NCBI GenBank assembly: GCA_012295275.1
Contig: CM022665.1
Coordinates: 25,854,001 to 25,918,000 of the forward strand
DNA: 64,000 bases
Reading direction: 5' to 3'
From: Chrysomallon squamiferum
Lineage: Eukaryota; Animalia; Mollusca
Shown: positions 40,778 to 54,713 of the stretch, in pieces
How the letters are laid out: each line of letters starts with the position of its first letter
Numbering within the stretch: position 1 is the first letter of the stretch
Position numbers and translations under genes: made by a program
The notes under the pieces: model-generated
Seen by the model: only the letters and a program-made list of their open reading frames with translations
The model's database searches: none
What the model was told of the DNA's origin: nothing

Positions 40778-43700
40778 ACCAACAACCCCCTCCCCAACAG
40801 TGGTCAATATTTCCTAGAGAACATTATAATGACCTGAAGTATTAGAAAGAAACAACATTTATTTTTTAATTTACAGATGACAAATCATATTGTCCATCAG
40901 TTTCACAATGTGTTTAAATTACATACTTCACTATTGTAAATACTTTTATGTGTCTCTTAAAATTTCAGTCATTTAGTTTTGCGCACCACTGATTTGGTTT
41001 TCGTAATTGCTCGGGTTTCGGGATGGGAATCACATTTACACCGATGTCGACATATATGGGTTACCTGAGTAAGAAAGAGAATACACAGTCGGCGATCGGG
41101 GACAGAAGTTAATGGCAGTTACTTTGTCGGTGACCCAGACTTACCAGTCATAAACGGAGTTGTATTTAATTCTCTGTAATTTGGAGACGGTAGTTAAATA
41201 CGTGAAGCTTGCCGGTTTTTACATCTGCGTTATTCTGAATCGTTTCTGTTCACCACAATGTCTTTATATATACATGCATAAATACTTATTATTTTTATGA
41301 AATTTGTATTTATCTTATTCTTATAATCACTGTTTTATCAATTTTCTGTTTTAAGTATATGTACTAATATCTTGTGTATGCCTCAACAGTGCAATGAGGT
41401 AAGAGGACAGTATCATTTTTATGTAAATAATGTATTATGTCATGTTTTACTGTCATGCGGTATTTTAATAAACAATACAATTCCCTCTTACTGAAATGGA
41501 AACCAAAACTTCTCTTGCCCCAGATTATGTTGAATATAAAAATAGATTTGTTGTCATCTCCACACACACATTATTATTTTGTTAGTTCTCTTTTTCTTTC
41601 TTTCTTTCCTTTTTTTCTGTTTTTATTTTCATTATTTATTTATTTGTTGTTGTGGTTGTGGCTCTGGTTGTAGTTTTATTTGTTGTTGTTGTGATCGTCG
41701 TCACTTTTTTTAATCAAATAACAAAAGCCAGTGTTCTCTTGTTTTTCTTTCCACGTGGATGTGTTCAGACTACCTGGATAACCGCTGGTGATTTTCAAAA
41801 CAGGTTTTAGTCAATGGTGACAGAAGTTGGTGATATTTGGCCAGCCGACTCATCCATGATAACGTGCTCTTTGACAATAATGTAGCTACTAATCAAAGTA
41901 ATTAAAATTAACAACGGCTGTTTGAATTAACACCTGCATTATTGACATACGTGCTTGATGTTTGTAATTACTGAAAGACATGTAATACATGTATTTATGT
42001 ATATGTCTGTATATATGTATGTCGGGTGTTTTGGTTTTTTTTTCGTTGTTGTTTGTTGTTGTTTTTTTGTCTTTTTTGTGGGGTTGTTAGCGTATGTACC
42101 TATGTATGTATGGATGCATAGCTTACTATTATTAAAAACTATTATTTTCTTAAGATTTTAAATGAAATAAATATATTAAAAATGTTAGTAAAATTGTTCC
42201 TAGGTTTTGCATTATAAAAATAAAGACATATCAACACAAGTACACACACACACATCAAGTATATCAGCGCAGTTCAGTATGAAGGATGAAAAAACTACAA
42301 GGCAAAGTGTTTTGTAGACGCACGCAATTAAGCCAGGTATTGCACACATATCACACGCGACCTAGACAGAGACTAACAAACAAATAAATATACATTTCCA
42401 TCAAAGGCGCGAAAAACAAACAAGACGAACATTCTCTAGCCATTGACAACAGACTAAATGTAAAGAAGAAACACAAATATGAACAATGCAGCCATATGTA
42501 ATGTGGTGTATACAAAGCTAAGCCAGCCGCGTGATGGTATCCACCCGATTCAGATTAAATCTTCGTCAGAGGAGAAACTACATTATGGCCAATAAAAACA
42601 GTTGACAGACTTTTCTATTGTGCTCAGACGAATTTGAAAAGAACCTTTGGAAATATGAATTCTGCTCCACTGTTGCAAAAGAGATCTTGTTATCCTAAAA
42701 GGAAGTAATCCATGCAGAAGAAGTGGTCTTTATTTTACGACATTTCATGCAGAGAGGACGCTGTCACGTGACTGGACATAGGTTTTTCACAATTTACTGT
42801 TATAGGTAAAGATACGTTCACACTATGCGTTTTGTTGCACCAAGAGTTACATTCATTAGTCTGCCAAGAATGTTAGTAAAAACAACAAAGAAATTAAATT
42901 GTTATTCTTGGAGATGGAAACTACTAGAAATTATGAAAGTAAACGATACAAAAGATTTTATTTTGAACAGAGGATTAAGATGCACATATTTTATATATAA
43001 TTTTTGCCCACTTTTCGTGTCTACTAAATAACAATTAGTTTATGTACTGTAGCTTTAAAAACTATTTTTTCTCTTACCCCCACTTACCTATATTATTAGC
43101 ATTAGTATTAGTATTGGTATTAGTATTAGTATTATTACAGTTGTTTTTATTCTAAAGTTTAATTTACAACAGTTTTATGAATGATCTGGGTTTTTTTTTT
43201 TTTTGTTATTATTATTATTATTATTTTTTTTTTTTTTTAGTTTTTTAAAACATAAAATATTAAAGACACATTTCTTAAATACATTTAATATTCTTATCCT
43301 GGGAGTGGGAAAAATTGATGGAATTCACATGTCAAAATGGTCTATTTTTAAAAGTATATTTTATTTCCAGAATGGTTGTTTGACAAAGTTATACTTTTCC
43401 CAGAAATATGTATTCCATTAAAGAGAATATTATTCAAAACAAGCTGTAGTAAAATTTTGTGAATTCTGTTCCAGATTTATAAGCACAAATAATTTTCTGT
43501 TAATTTGAATAATTATTGGGATGGTCACATAGTAAAAGTAATATACTGTTTAACGCCAAGAAAATTAGCATGGATGGTGGCCTGGAAAAATGTACTATTC
43601 ACTTCAAGGGGATTCCAAATTTTTCAATTTTTTTGTAGCTTTTGTCGACCGGAAAAGTGACATATCAACACTGAGACAAAGTTAATGTGGTACAAGGTCA

Positions 43701-44786
43701 CATGTTTGTCAAGGATTACCAGACTAGGTTCATTAAAAAGGCTTCTTGGCTTAGTACTGTTTGCCCTGATAGCGAGGGGGTGTTCTGAGAGAAGCCTGGC
43801 CCCGAATATTTACTGTTTGTGGTTTGTTACCGGCCCCTGTTTGTTTAGCGTACTCCTACATCTTTCAGCGACATAACGTCGACGCGGGTGGTTTAACTGC
43901 AGCAAAACAGCGGCAATCCCAACGTGCCGTTCCTCTCGTTATATATTTCTTTTTTTTTTTTTTTTTTTTTTTTAAATGTGTTGCAAATAGATGTACAGAT
44001 AGTAAATTCCATGTAGTAATATATGAATAAACCTAGCCCATATTTCTGAAGGAAAAAAAAAAAAAAAAAAAAAAAAAAATCAACAAGATTTATTTCATTA
44101 TAATGATCTAATATATCTCTGGTATTTTTTTTAACCAAACGAGCTAGTACTAAGGGGATAGGTGCATTAAAGTTTATTGTCATTTATCAGTCATTACATT
44201 ATTTGAAACATTATTTGACACTACCCTGATTAAATCAAACTTAAAAAAGCAGAACAGTGTGGACGTATTATAAACTATTTAAAAAAAAAAAAAAAAATAC
44301 AGAACACTATACTCTATCATCGGTTTGTATTGATTTCAGAATTTAAAAAATTCAGCAAGCGCACAAAAGTGTGTGAGAGAGATAGAGAGATAGAAAGAAA
44401 GAGAGAGAGAGAGAAGAAAGAGAAAATAAACATTAACACACACACATAGTTACTTTATAAAGAGGTTGTCAAATAGAATAAAAAAAGGCACATATTAATA
44501 ACATGCAAAGCTCGATCTATTATACAAAAATATTTTTGGAATGTTCCCGTCCCTTTCACCCACTGCCGTAGAACCTGTTTTATCATACAGTAAAGTAGGT
44601 GAATTGTAATATTCAAGGTGACGGACAAGTTACGAATAGTTACGTATTTCTTATCTATGACCGCTTTTTTTTTTTTTTTTTTTTTTTTTGTATAATCACT
44701 GACAGACAAAATATAATATTTAAGAGAAAAAAAATAAAAGGACAACAAACAAACAATTAAATATAAAATTGTAACACAGTCCTTAC

Positions 44787-44970
44787 CTCGTCGTCTACGC
44801 CAAAGTAGAAAGAAAACAATGCCCCCAACAAGGAGGACAACTGCAAGAGTTCCAACAACGCTTCCCACCACTATTCCAGCGATATTCGGCTGGATACAAT
44901 TATTATCATTCTGTGCATAGCAACATTTAAAAAACACAAAAAGAACACATAATTCCCAGCAGCGAAACAT
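44787..44970 (-). CDS. TM-PDZ gene exon 1: signal peptide, ~10-aa ectodomain, TM helix and RRRR stop-transfer (MFRCWELCVLFVFFKCCYAQNDNNCIQPNIAGIVVGSVVGTLAVVLLVGGIVFFLLWRRRR)
   Basis: ATG at 44970, 184 nt, donor GAG|GTAAGG in phase 1, compatible with exon 2. Lies beside a CpG-rich region. Linkage across the 19-kb intron is inferred. Confidence 0.8.
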
Positions 44971-45730
44971 TTTCACCAGATCGTCGGCGGTGTGCGTCCA
45001 ATTTTTTTTTTTCAGCGGGGTCCGGCCGAGGTCCTCTCAACGCCGGACAGGTAGGACATGGTACATCAGTCACCCAACTGTCTCACTAACTCAAGCGAAG
45101 CCTGCAAAGCATCCGTGGACAGGACGAGCCGCTCAGAAAACAATTGTAATGCGTCGTGTAGATAATATCCGCTAATTTTCCCCCGATAAACGTTCGTGTA
45201 TTTATAAATCCGAGAGCCGTAAAAGACGACACAGGTAACAAAACTATTTACGTGAAGAGCTGACCAGAACTGTCTTGTAACCTGTTTTCTACGGGGACTG
45301 CTGGTTCGTTCAGCCTCGCTGAGATCGTCGTATTGCCCAACACAATTGTAGAGTCATAGCCCAGTGAACACAAGCGAAGCAGAGTAGAGGATGAAGAGAG
45401 GCAGAAAAAATCTTCTTTCAGATAAAACAAAAATAGAAGGAGAAATAAAATTAAAGTTGGTGGTCCTTTCTTTCTGATCCGCCGTAACGCTGCTTGTCGT
45501 CTGTGTAGAGCAAGAGAAACATCTACGTTAGGGGTTTTCCTCGACAGTCAATCAGTAAACAGAGAATTCCCCACTCATGTCTACGATATTGATTTTCGTC
45601 CAGGTAGATAAAAGCGTCGCATACCTGAATGAGAGCGCCTCAGGTGTGCTAGCCGTCAGGTACAGTGAGACCGTAAGGTATCGAAAGAGCGCGGATTCTT
45701 AACACGTCACAGGACAACGGTAGTTGCGTG
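44971..45730 (-). promoter_or_regulatory. Probable promoter/5' UTR of the TM-PDZ gene; TATA-like TATAAATA at 45206-45199
   Basis: Locally GC/CpG-rich compared with background; TATA-like box about 230 nt upstream of the ATG. Confidence 0.5.
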
Positions 45731-46455
45731 GCCCAGCCAAATACAATTAGCCTCTTGTGCAAATATTGGTAAATAGCTGGGAGTGTTTTCAAATATATAA
45801 CATTACATTCAAGGCAGATTTAATTTCGAGGAATGTCCGCGACGCCGACTTTTGAACATCTGATCACCAGTCTGTAGTTACAATATGTTGTGTGCTCAAG
45901 TTTAACAAACAGTTAAAATAAAGATGGTTTAAATAAAAGAATAAATAATAGTTTCTATGACAACAAGTAGATGGATTGGCTGATATTTGTTTTCTATGGA
46001 AACTCATACAAATAGCTGGCGATGTTTTTATTATATTTTTTTATTTCTTATTTACTTATTAATTTTTTTAATTAATTTCATTTTGCATGCTGATGACAAA
46101 CAGTTTAGTATATTTTAATACGTTTATTTTATTTATTTCTGTAATTTTACATGCATACATTCTTAGACGTGCACACACACACACAACACAACACACAACA
46201 CACACACACACATATACACACACACATGCACAAATGAGTATAGAAAAAGACCATATATGTGAGAAATATTTAAATAACTAAAACTATACATATCTGAACA
46301 GTAAGAACATTTCTTCAACCAAATGTGTATTTATAATATAATTTTTATTAGAATAATGTTATAGACACGAAAACAATACATTTATAATTTTTATCGTTGA
46401 AAATGCTTTATACATGTTGATTAAATATCGGAATAAATAGCTGGGAGGTTTTTTT

Positions 46456-46512
<57 letters not shown>

Positions 46513-47384
46513 CAGAATTTCATTCGTATCAGATTTATCCAGCATGCATGTAGATCTATATGTATTCATAGTTATATAACAATATATATATATATATATT
46601 TTTTTTTTTTCCAGACATATTTATATGACAAAACCTGCAGTAGTTCAGTGCAATCCACAAAGTGTGACACATCTCCGTTCATTTCCTGTATTGATTTTTA
46701 AAACTATTCTCGTCTAAGCGGCAGAAATTATTGAATAAAATACCTGTAAATAATATCAATAAATGTGTTGTGTCACTGGCCACCAATCGGCCAAACGAGG
46801 TAGCTCGGTTCTGTGGCATTGTCTGATTCTTTATCATTTTGTTAACGATGTTCATTTGACTGAACTATTATTGTACTTTCGGAACGAACCGTAAAACTGT
46901 ATGAATGCTACACCATGTCTTTGTGTTCTAGTTCTGGTAAAGGATTACGTGGTACTCGTATACAGAGTTTAAGCAAGCTTTAAAAATAATGCATTGTAGT
47001 TTTGCTGTCTGTTACATTACTGTCTGTGCCATTTATATCAGTTTCAAATAATTATTATGGAAATAACAGATGACATAGTTCCTGAGATTTGTGTATGTGT
47101 GGGTGTATGTCTGTGAGTATGAAAGCGAATGAGTAATTTCCTTTTTTTTTCTCTTCTTTTAATAATAAGAAGAAGAAAGAAAGAAAGAAGAAAACAAACA
47201 AACAAACAAAAAAGCAATTAAAAAGTAAATGAACAAAAACTACTGCATTTGCATTAGAAAGAATATATCAAGCTTAAATGTACAACTAAATGATATAGCA
47301 CATTTTCCTGTCTACGTATTATTTAAGTGTACATTTTTCACATACCATTTAACGAGGTATGTCTTTTTTATATTTAGTCTATTT

Positions 47385-47386
<2 letters not shown>

Positions 47387-47476
<90 letters not shown>
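47387..47476. repeat. (TC)n microsatellite
   Basis: Perfect run. Confidence 0.95.
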
Positions 47477-47479
<3 letters not shown>

Positions 47480-48978
47480 GTGTATCTATATGAATGTTTG
47501 CGTATCTGTATTAACGTCTACATGACAGTGTGTTTGTGTGTGTGCACGTGAACGCATGTTTTGTGTGTGCTTATATAAACACACCCGTAAATATAACAAA
47601 TATCAGAACTGATATACCATCCTACTCCTTTATTATGCAGTACCATTATTATTAACGAAACGAATGTAACACAAATTAAACATGCCGGGAAAGAGAAGAA
47701 AACGCCTTTTAATAAAAAAAAAAAAAACCTCTGGGCATGACAAAACAGATATATCAGCAGTTGTCATGCATGAATAATTCACTGGAATGTTTGTGTACTG
47801 CATAGTAAGTGTATCCAGACATTAAAGAAATTCTTTACATGAATAATATTTATCACTGATTTTTGCTTTGTTATTTTATTACTGACTCGACTACTATTGC
47901 TGCTGCTACTATCATTACTGTTAGTACATATTCTACTGTTACTTCTGATATTGCGTTTGCTGTTACTATGCTACTGTTACTACATGTGAACAAGATATGC
48001 TATTCGACCATTACACCAACAGCAATAACAAGGATCACAAGCAAGTAAGTTAGTAAATACATAAAACTAAATTTTAAAAAGAAAGGAAAGGAAATTTTCA
48101 TTGTGAATTAAATAATAATAATAAAATGATATAAAAAGACCACATTTCTAATTACTAGCTATGTACCAACAATTTACGAGAGTTGTTAACACATTTATGC
48201 AAAGAAACAGGCATTTACAAATTTTACAGGATGAAACTGTATGATCATACACTGAATTTGGTGCGACATAAGTTATCAACAGATGTACATATATAAATAA
48301 AAGTAAAACAATATATAACAACAATAGAAATATACTCACACACTCACGAACACAGCCACACACGCTTAATTACTCAGAACACTCACATACATTCATTGTA
48401 TTTTACAGTAATACATTTACACATTTTGATGACTGAGGGATACTGATTACCTTTAGTTTACTAAAAGATATCTGAAACTTAGTACATCAACTTTGAATTC
48501 TAGAAAAATATTGTTTTTAATATATTTGTTAATAAAAACTGAAAGTTTCTTTTGAATACGGTGTTGATTAAGAATTATTTCAAAGCACTGATAAATGTAG
48601 TGTCTTAAAAAAAAACTTCGGCTATCATACGCCTCTTGAAGACTGATATTCTATAAACTGATAGAATAATATTTAAAAATTCTATTGGACAATTTTCGAT
48701 CGCTAGATAATCCAAATAGTAATTGTCGTTTTAACTGATCTAATGAAAACCCGTTTTTTTAAATATTTGGACACATACCTCTAGAAAGATAGATATCAAA
48801 TCAAATAATTCGTTACAGTACGAAAAGAAATGGCACAAATTTTTATCATACTTCAACACAAAATACACAAATACATATGTCATTTATTACTATTATTATT
48901 TAATTTATTTATTTATTTATTTATCATCTTTAACCGCCAGGTGGTTTTATTAAACAAAATGTAAAAATATAATTTTTC

Positions 48979-49051
48979 AGCCGACGTAGGGACTCGAACC
49001 CTAGACCCTCAGATTAAAAGTCTGATGCTCTACCGACTGAGCTACGAAGGC
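48979..49051 (-). tRNA. trnK: tRNA-Lys(UUU), copy 2
   Basis: Identical to copy 1; T5 about 12 nt downstream. Confidence 0.92.
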
Positions 49052-49119
49052 TGTTAGCCGCAGTTTGGGAAAAGAATGAACGGGTTAAGGTTCAGAATAT
49101 TATAGCACATATATTTAAC

Positions 49120-49473
49120 ACTAGTAACAGTAGTGATTATAGGACCAATAATGGAAGCACTAACAGTAGTATTTGTGGTAGAAACAACAGCAGTTTTAAT
49201 AGTAGTAGTAATAGTAATAGTAGTAGCAGTAGTAGTATTTGTTTCAGAAACAACAGCAGTTTTAATAGTAATAGTAACAGTAATAGTAGCAGCAGTAGTA
49301 TCAATACAATAGTAGTAGCAGCAGTAGTATCAACAGTAGTAGTACTAGTAGTTATGGTAGTCGAAGTATTAATAGCAGCAGCAACATTTTTAATAGTAGT
49401 ATAAATAACAGAATCAGTAGTAATGGTTGCGAGCAGCGGTGATGTTTGCAACTGTAGTAGTAGTAGCAGTAGC

Positions 49474-49534
<61 letters not shown>

Positions 49535-49640
49535 ACGGAAGGGATAGAAGTGGTGTGCAGAGGTCTGGTGATGACCGGGGTCACCTGCTTGATTGTATGC
49601 CAGGGTAGCAGTGGTAGTAGTAAAGGTAGTAGCAGTAATT
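49120..49640. repeat. (AGT/AGC/AAT)n low-complexity tract with an internal ~66-bp direct repeat and a near-pure (AGT)n at ~49455-49533
   Basis: AGTAGTATTTG...AGAAACAACAGCAGTTTTAATAGTA occurs twice; long triplet runs. Confidence 0.9.
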
Positions 49641-49923
49641 TTTTTTTGCTGTTTTTTGGAATAATTAAATATATATGATAGAGGACAGTCTCTGCCATTG
49701 TTCCCTGGACTACTGACTTATTAGCATGAATGAATATTTTAATGACGTATAAGCACCATTAAGTAGGTAACAAATCATAACATTACTTGCTGGGCAAAAA
49801 TAACAATGGGACAATTACCAAAGAAAACATGTTTATTATAAGTACATTCCGTGAGATAGAAATAGAAAGCTGTGAAGAATGGTGCTTGTCAGAAATGGGC
49901 ATTGTTGTGTAAATGTGTGTACT

Positions 49924-50226
49924 CTGGGGCGGATCCAGTTTTTCTAATTGGGGGGGGGTGTCCATGACAAAAATGGCACCTAACATTTTGAAAAGGCAAT
50001 ATTGAAAAATTACACACGATTCACATGGACCATAATATAACAGTGCTTCAACAGGGATGCTAGTAGACGTATTCTACAGTGTTCTATACATTGAAAGAAA
50101 TTTAAAAAAAAAAAAAAAACATCTGTAAAAAAAAAAAGTAAAAATCCTAAATAAAAGGGACACTTCTCAAATTTGAAAGGGGGGGGTGTCCGGACGTCTT
50201 GGACATCCCTCTAGATCAGCCCCATG
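49924..50226. mobile_element. Non-autonomous DNA transposon (MITE), about 300 bp
   Basis: Imperfect terminal inverted repeats CTGGGGCGGATCCAG ... CTAGATCAGCCCCATG, internal repeated G-run+TGTCC motif, TACT on both flanks. Confidence 0.7.
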
Positions 50227-52001
50227 TACTTATTTGTCATTGGGTGTCTGTGAGTGAGTTTGACTAGAGAACTACTAGTAATACATTCTCTGATGTTTGT
50301 TCTGCTATAAACAACGTAATTACAGGCCCGTAGTTTAAAAAACAACAACAACAACAAAAAACAACAACATCTGTGTTATTTTTTTTTTTTTTTTTTATTC
50401 AGTTTAATCATATTTCATGGTTTCATTAATAAAATGGACAAAGGAAAGTTTAAAACGTAGGTAAACACTGAAAACATATGAACAGCTACCTACCTTAAAA
50501 AAGCGAATGCAGATTTATCCTAAGTAGTCTTATTATTTTTACACACATCTTCTTAAAATGACCCGTTATTAACGAACATTTTCTGTATAAATATTAATAA
50601 GCGAATGTGTTTGAAAACATTTCCAAATAATGTGGGGGGTTTTTTGTTTTTTTTTTTTTTTTTTTTATCTCTGATACATTATGGCCTGTTGTTAGCCAGA
50701 CCTTTCTCTGTATCAATTACCCTTAAAGTAAACACTATCATTATACTTCCATAAATAATGTGGTCTTCTTTATTTTTTTTCTTTTAAATTTTCTTTTAAA
50801 TTTTCTTTCTTTCTTCTTTGGAGTTTTCCTGGAAAATACCTTTCATTAAAAGCCAGTTAAACACATATTTGCACGAATAAAGATTGTGAACTTTAACCTG
50901 AATACATCCGTAAAATTTCATTGTGCAGACGACAGCGATGCTCGCTGTAAAGCAGACGGCGGATTAGTACGATCACGTCAGCAGAGGCAGCACAATTACA
51001 CCTGCACAATGAATGCCTGTGCAGTGCATCACAGCAGGTAAACCCGTTCTCTCTGTGTATTTCAAAGACGTGTATATTTAGCAGGCTCAGAGGATTGCAA
51101 AGAATATTTTTTATTAAAAGAAAAGGGGACAATGGACTAATGTAGCAGAAGATAAAACTATTAGCTCGCTCTCTACAGTTGGACCGATCTAAAACAACAA
51201 TAGAAATAATTCTGTATTAATAAGATCCCCCCGCCCCTATGATTTAGTAAACTGGTTATAATGAAATTTTGTGTTTCCTTTTAAAATTTCTTTCTTCTTT
51301 TTGCTTTAAAAAGTATCCGTAATATTAATAACAACACTTTTTTTTTTTCTTTTTTTTCGATATGCTTTCTATCATTGATGTTCATTATTTTTAAACATTG
51401 TTTTTCTCCTTGGATATCAAGATAGATCCACATGAACAAATGGAATCTATGACATTTTTCTTTCTTTCAACTGTTATTCTCTGTTTCAGATAATAATTTC
51501 TGCCCTTTTCTCGTTCAACCAATCTCTCTTCTGTTTGTTATGTGTTGCTTTACTTAATGATAACATAACTTGTCGCTAGATATTGTAATACGTGTGTTTT
51601 CGTGCTTCAGTAATCACTATTTTATCTACGGTCTGTGAACGTCATAAAATATTCGATAATAATTGAAATAGTTATATCTTTTTAACGCTTTGAAAGGAAT
51701 ATCTGACAAAGACAGATTATATAAAGTGCGAATAAAATGTAGCTGACAAAAAGAACCCATACTGAAGTGAATATTATTTTCTTCGTTATAAAAGAATTCC
51801 TTTATACGTGTTGGAGATTTTTTTGCAGCATTCTTAAAAGTACTGCTGATACTATCTATTAAACGTAAAGGATACTGGTATTTTTTCTCACACAAAATAC
51901 ACAAATACTTATGTAATTTTTTATTTTTTATTTTTTCTTAACACAAATAAAATGTATAGTGACATATTCTTAAAACTGATCAGCATAAACAAAACTATTT
52001 C

Positions 52002-52074
52002 AGCCGACGTAGGGACTCGAACCCTAGACCCTCAGATTAAAAGTCTGATGCTCTACCGACTGAGCTACGAAGGC
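52002..52074 (-). tRNA. trnK: tRNA-Lys(UUU), copy 3
   Basis: Identical to copy 1; T4 about 8 nt downstream. Confidence 0.92.
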
Positions 52075-52149
52075 TATTAAGATATACGCTGGAAAAGAAC
52101 GAACGGGATAAGGTTCAGGATATAATAGCCAGTAAATCTAGGACAAAAC

Positions 52150-52415
52150 GAACGTCGTAGTAATAGTACTGGCAATAGTGAACGCACAAACAGTGATATT
52201 TGTGGCAGTAGTAGCTGCTGTAGAAAGAATAGTAATAATAGTAGTAGTAGTTGTTGTTGTTGTAATAGTAATAGAACAAATAATACCCGCAGTACAAGTT
52301 GTAATAGTAGTTATTGCTGTAGTAGTAGTAGTAGTAGTGATGGTGGTGGTTGTAGTAGTAATAGTAGTGATGGTGGTGGTGGTTTTACTAGTAGTAGCAG
52401 TAGTAATAGTAGAAA
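52150..52415. repeat. (AGT/GGT/TGT)n low-complexity tract
   Basis: Triplet runs, in the same position relative to the tRNA as the tract after copy 2. Confidence 0.85.
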
Positions 52416-53091
52416 CAAACAGCATATGAATACTATTAGTAGATTTGACTTACCTGCCAATCGATACAAGTGTAAATTATGAGCTCAGATTTAAATGAAT
52501 GAATAAATATCTTTGCTTAATGTTATCTCCGCGTATCTGATATGAGATCATCGTAAGAATAAATACATGTTTTGGAGGCGCTTTGGTTAGTTATTAGGTC
52601 TGAAGGAATATAATGTTTATTTAATACGGTGCTTACTGTCTTATAGAAGAAGAAATATTTATAATAATTTATACGATGTGAAAATAACAGATGTTTGTAA
52701 TAAATTATTTCAAATAAATGATGTCTGTAATAATTATATTAAAATGACAGATTTTGTAATATATCACGAAAGTGAAGTATGATGATTAACTTCACGGATA
52801 TCCCAGCGTTACTTTTAATTACTTTTCAGAGTTTCTTTCCAAAATGTACATTATTTTCTTCAAATTTCTGGTTAGATACCAGGGTTTTTCTTGTTTTATT
52901 TTATGTTACTGTGATTATTTGAAATGTTAAAGACATCTAAAAAAAAACTTAACAGTGTACAGTAATCTACTGCATAGTCGTCACTATCTCGTTTTAAGGT
53001 AAGCGGCTGTGATTATTGTTAACATTATTATTACTTTTCTTTTAGAATTATAAATATATTTGTAACTGATGTTTAAAATAGAATTGTTACT

Positions 53092-53135
53092 GCCTTTGTA
53101 GCTCAGTCGGTAGGCTTCGAGTCCCTATGTCGGCT
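53092..53135 (+). pseudogene. Inverted tRNA-Lys pseudogene with a 29-nt internal deletion (no anticodon arm)
   Basis: GCCTTTGTAGCTCAGTCGGTAG-GCTTCGAGTCCCTATGTCGGCT corresponds to tRNA nt 1-22 joined to 52-73, with three substitutions. Confidence 0.88.
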
Positions 53136-53575
53136 TTACTTTTATATTAATTTCCTCCCCCCTTAATAGCTGTAAAATATCTCATATTTATTACTTTAAT
53201 AAATATATTTAAAACGTATAAATGAAAAAAACGAACCATATAAATAATATGGTAGATTTTGTAAGCAAATAATATTTAATATACTCGCAGAAAGAACTTC
53301 TTTGCCTCTTTTAAGTACCATCTTAAAACACTGTGTTTGTTTTCCTGCTTTTGTTTACACCGGCATACGGAACTTTTACCTCAAGATTCATTTTTGATAT
53401 GTACCTATGCAAATACAAAGAATATAATATATTGAAACTAAAGGGGTGAAAAAAAGAGAGAAAAAAGACCATTTTTCATTACACAATACATAATATTTAT
53501 AATACCAGGATCGAAATCTTGTGTCACACCACTGTTGAAAAGAAAACAGACATAAATAAATTTAAAAATTTAAAC

Positions 53576-53648
53576 AGCCGACGTAGGGACTCGAACCCTA
53601 GACCCTCAGATTAAAAGTCTGATGCTCTACCGACTGAGCTACGAAGGC
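53576..53648 (-). tRNA. trnK: tRNA-Lys(UUU), copy 4
   Basis: Identical to copy 1; T5 about 8 nt downstream. Confidence 0.92.
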
Positions 53649-54233
53649 TGTAACTAAAATGTTTTAAATGATGCCATTGAAGGCCTTGAACTGAAAACAT
53701 AAGCAGGGTTTTATACCCAGTTACAACTGATTTAAACAAATTCATCTTTTTCTTTTATCTTTTATAAAATAACTAATAATTAAAAAAAAAAAAAAACCCA
53801 GTAAATTTAAAACAAGTACATGTTCAAGCTGACTGGCATGGTGTAATGTGCTGGTTTCGAGACAGAACTGTTTGGTAGACGTTCGAGGAGCTTCTGTTAT
53901 CTACATCACGTTGTAAAATAATTATTTATGAGAATTTATCCATAACCGGTACTTGATTTAGTCTTGATAATGCTATAAAATACATAAATAAAGATGCTTC
54001 GTCTTTAAGAATTGGTTTTATTTGTCAAAATATTTATAATAAATTTCATATGACAATCATTAATGGTTTTTTTTTTTTTTTTTTTCCTCTGTGGACTGTG
54101 ATAGGCTAAACCGTAGCTTGTTCAGCTTCTGTCCAAATACGGCAATAAACTTATGATTAGCGTCATTTTACAGGAACTGTTGTCGCTGTGTGAATCAACA
54201 CAAAATAAAACAAAACAAAACCATTTTTTTTAA

Positions 54234-54279
54234 AGCTAACTTAGGGATTCTGATGCTCTACCGACTGAGCTACGAAGGC
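54234..54279 (-). pseudogene. tRNA-Lys pseudogene: nt 1-31 perfect, ~27-nt deletion, degenerate 3' end
   Basis: Plus strand reads AGCTAACTTAGGGA-T-TCTGATGCTCTACCGACTGAGCTACGAAGGC. Confidence 0.85.
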
Positions 54280-54489
54280 TACGAAAACAAATACTCAAAA
54301 TGAACTGATGAATGAAATGTTAAAATTAATGGCTTTTTTCTTTGAACACACCTTAATTTAGATTGGCAAAAATAACGTTTTTAACTTTTTAAGTGAACCT
54401 AAATTTTAATTAGTTGTTACCCAGGAAAAAGTTACAGTCCGAATGTCAACTACTTAATATGCAAGATAATAACAACAACAACAATAATA

Positions 54490-54530
54490 CAGGTAGTCAT
54501 CGACTTACGACTGTTAGATTTTACGACCAC
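54490..54530. mobile_element. Solo Tigger/pogo-like terminal repeat
   Basis: TA|CAGGTAGTCATCGACTTACGAC resembles Tigger-type termini with a TA target site. No partner end was found. Confidence 0.45.
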
Positions 54531-54678
54531 ACACCTGACTGGGCTGACAGTGCTAAAACTGGGTTTATTATCTTCTGCCAACACTGGCGGATGGTTACTT
54601 GGCTGTGTTCATTTTCAGACCTCCTTCCTCAAGCTCGCCGTTCAACAGATAAGTGCATAGCGGAATTGTTACGTATAT

Positions 54679-54713
<35 letters not shown>

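Noticed and set aside
44455-44786. C-terminal part of the 173-aa ORF 44455..44976
   Set aside because: Downstream of the GTAAGG donor and runs through a poly-A tract (poly-K), so it is intronic.
49137-52429. Poly-T/V/S/L ORFs here, and similar poly-SL, poly-Y, poly-I and HT-repeat ORFs across the window
   Set aside because: These are translations of microsatellites that lack stops in some frames.
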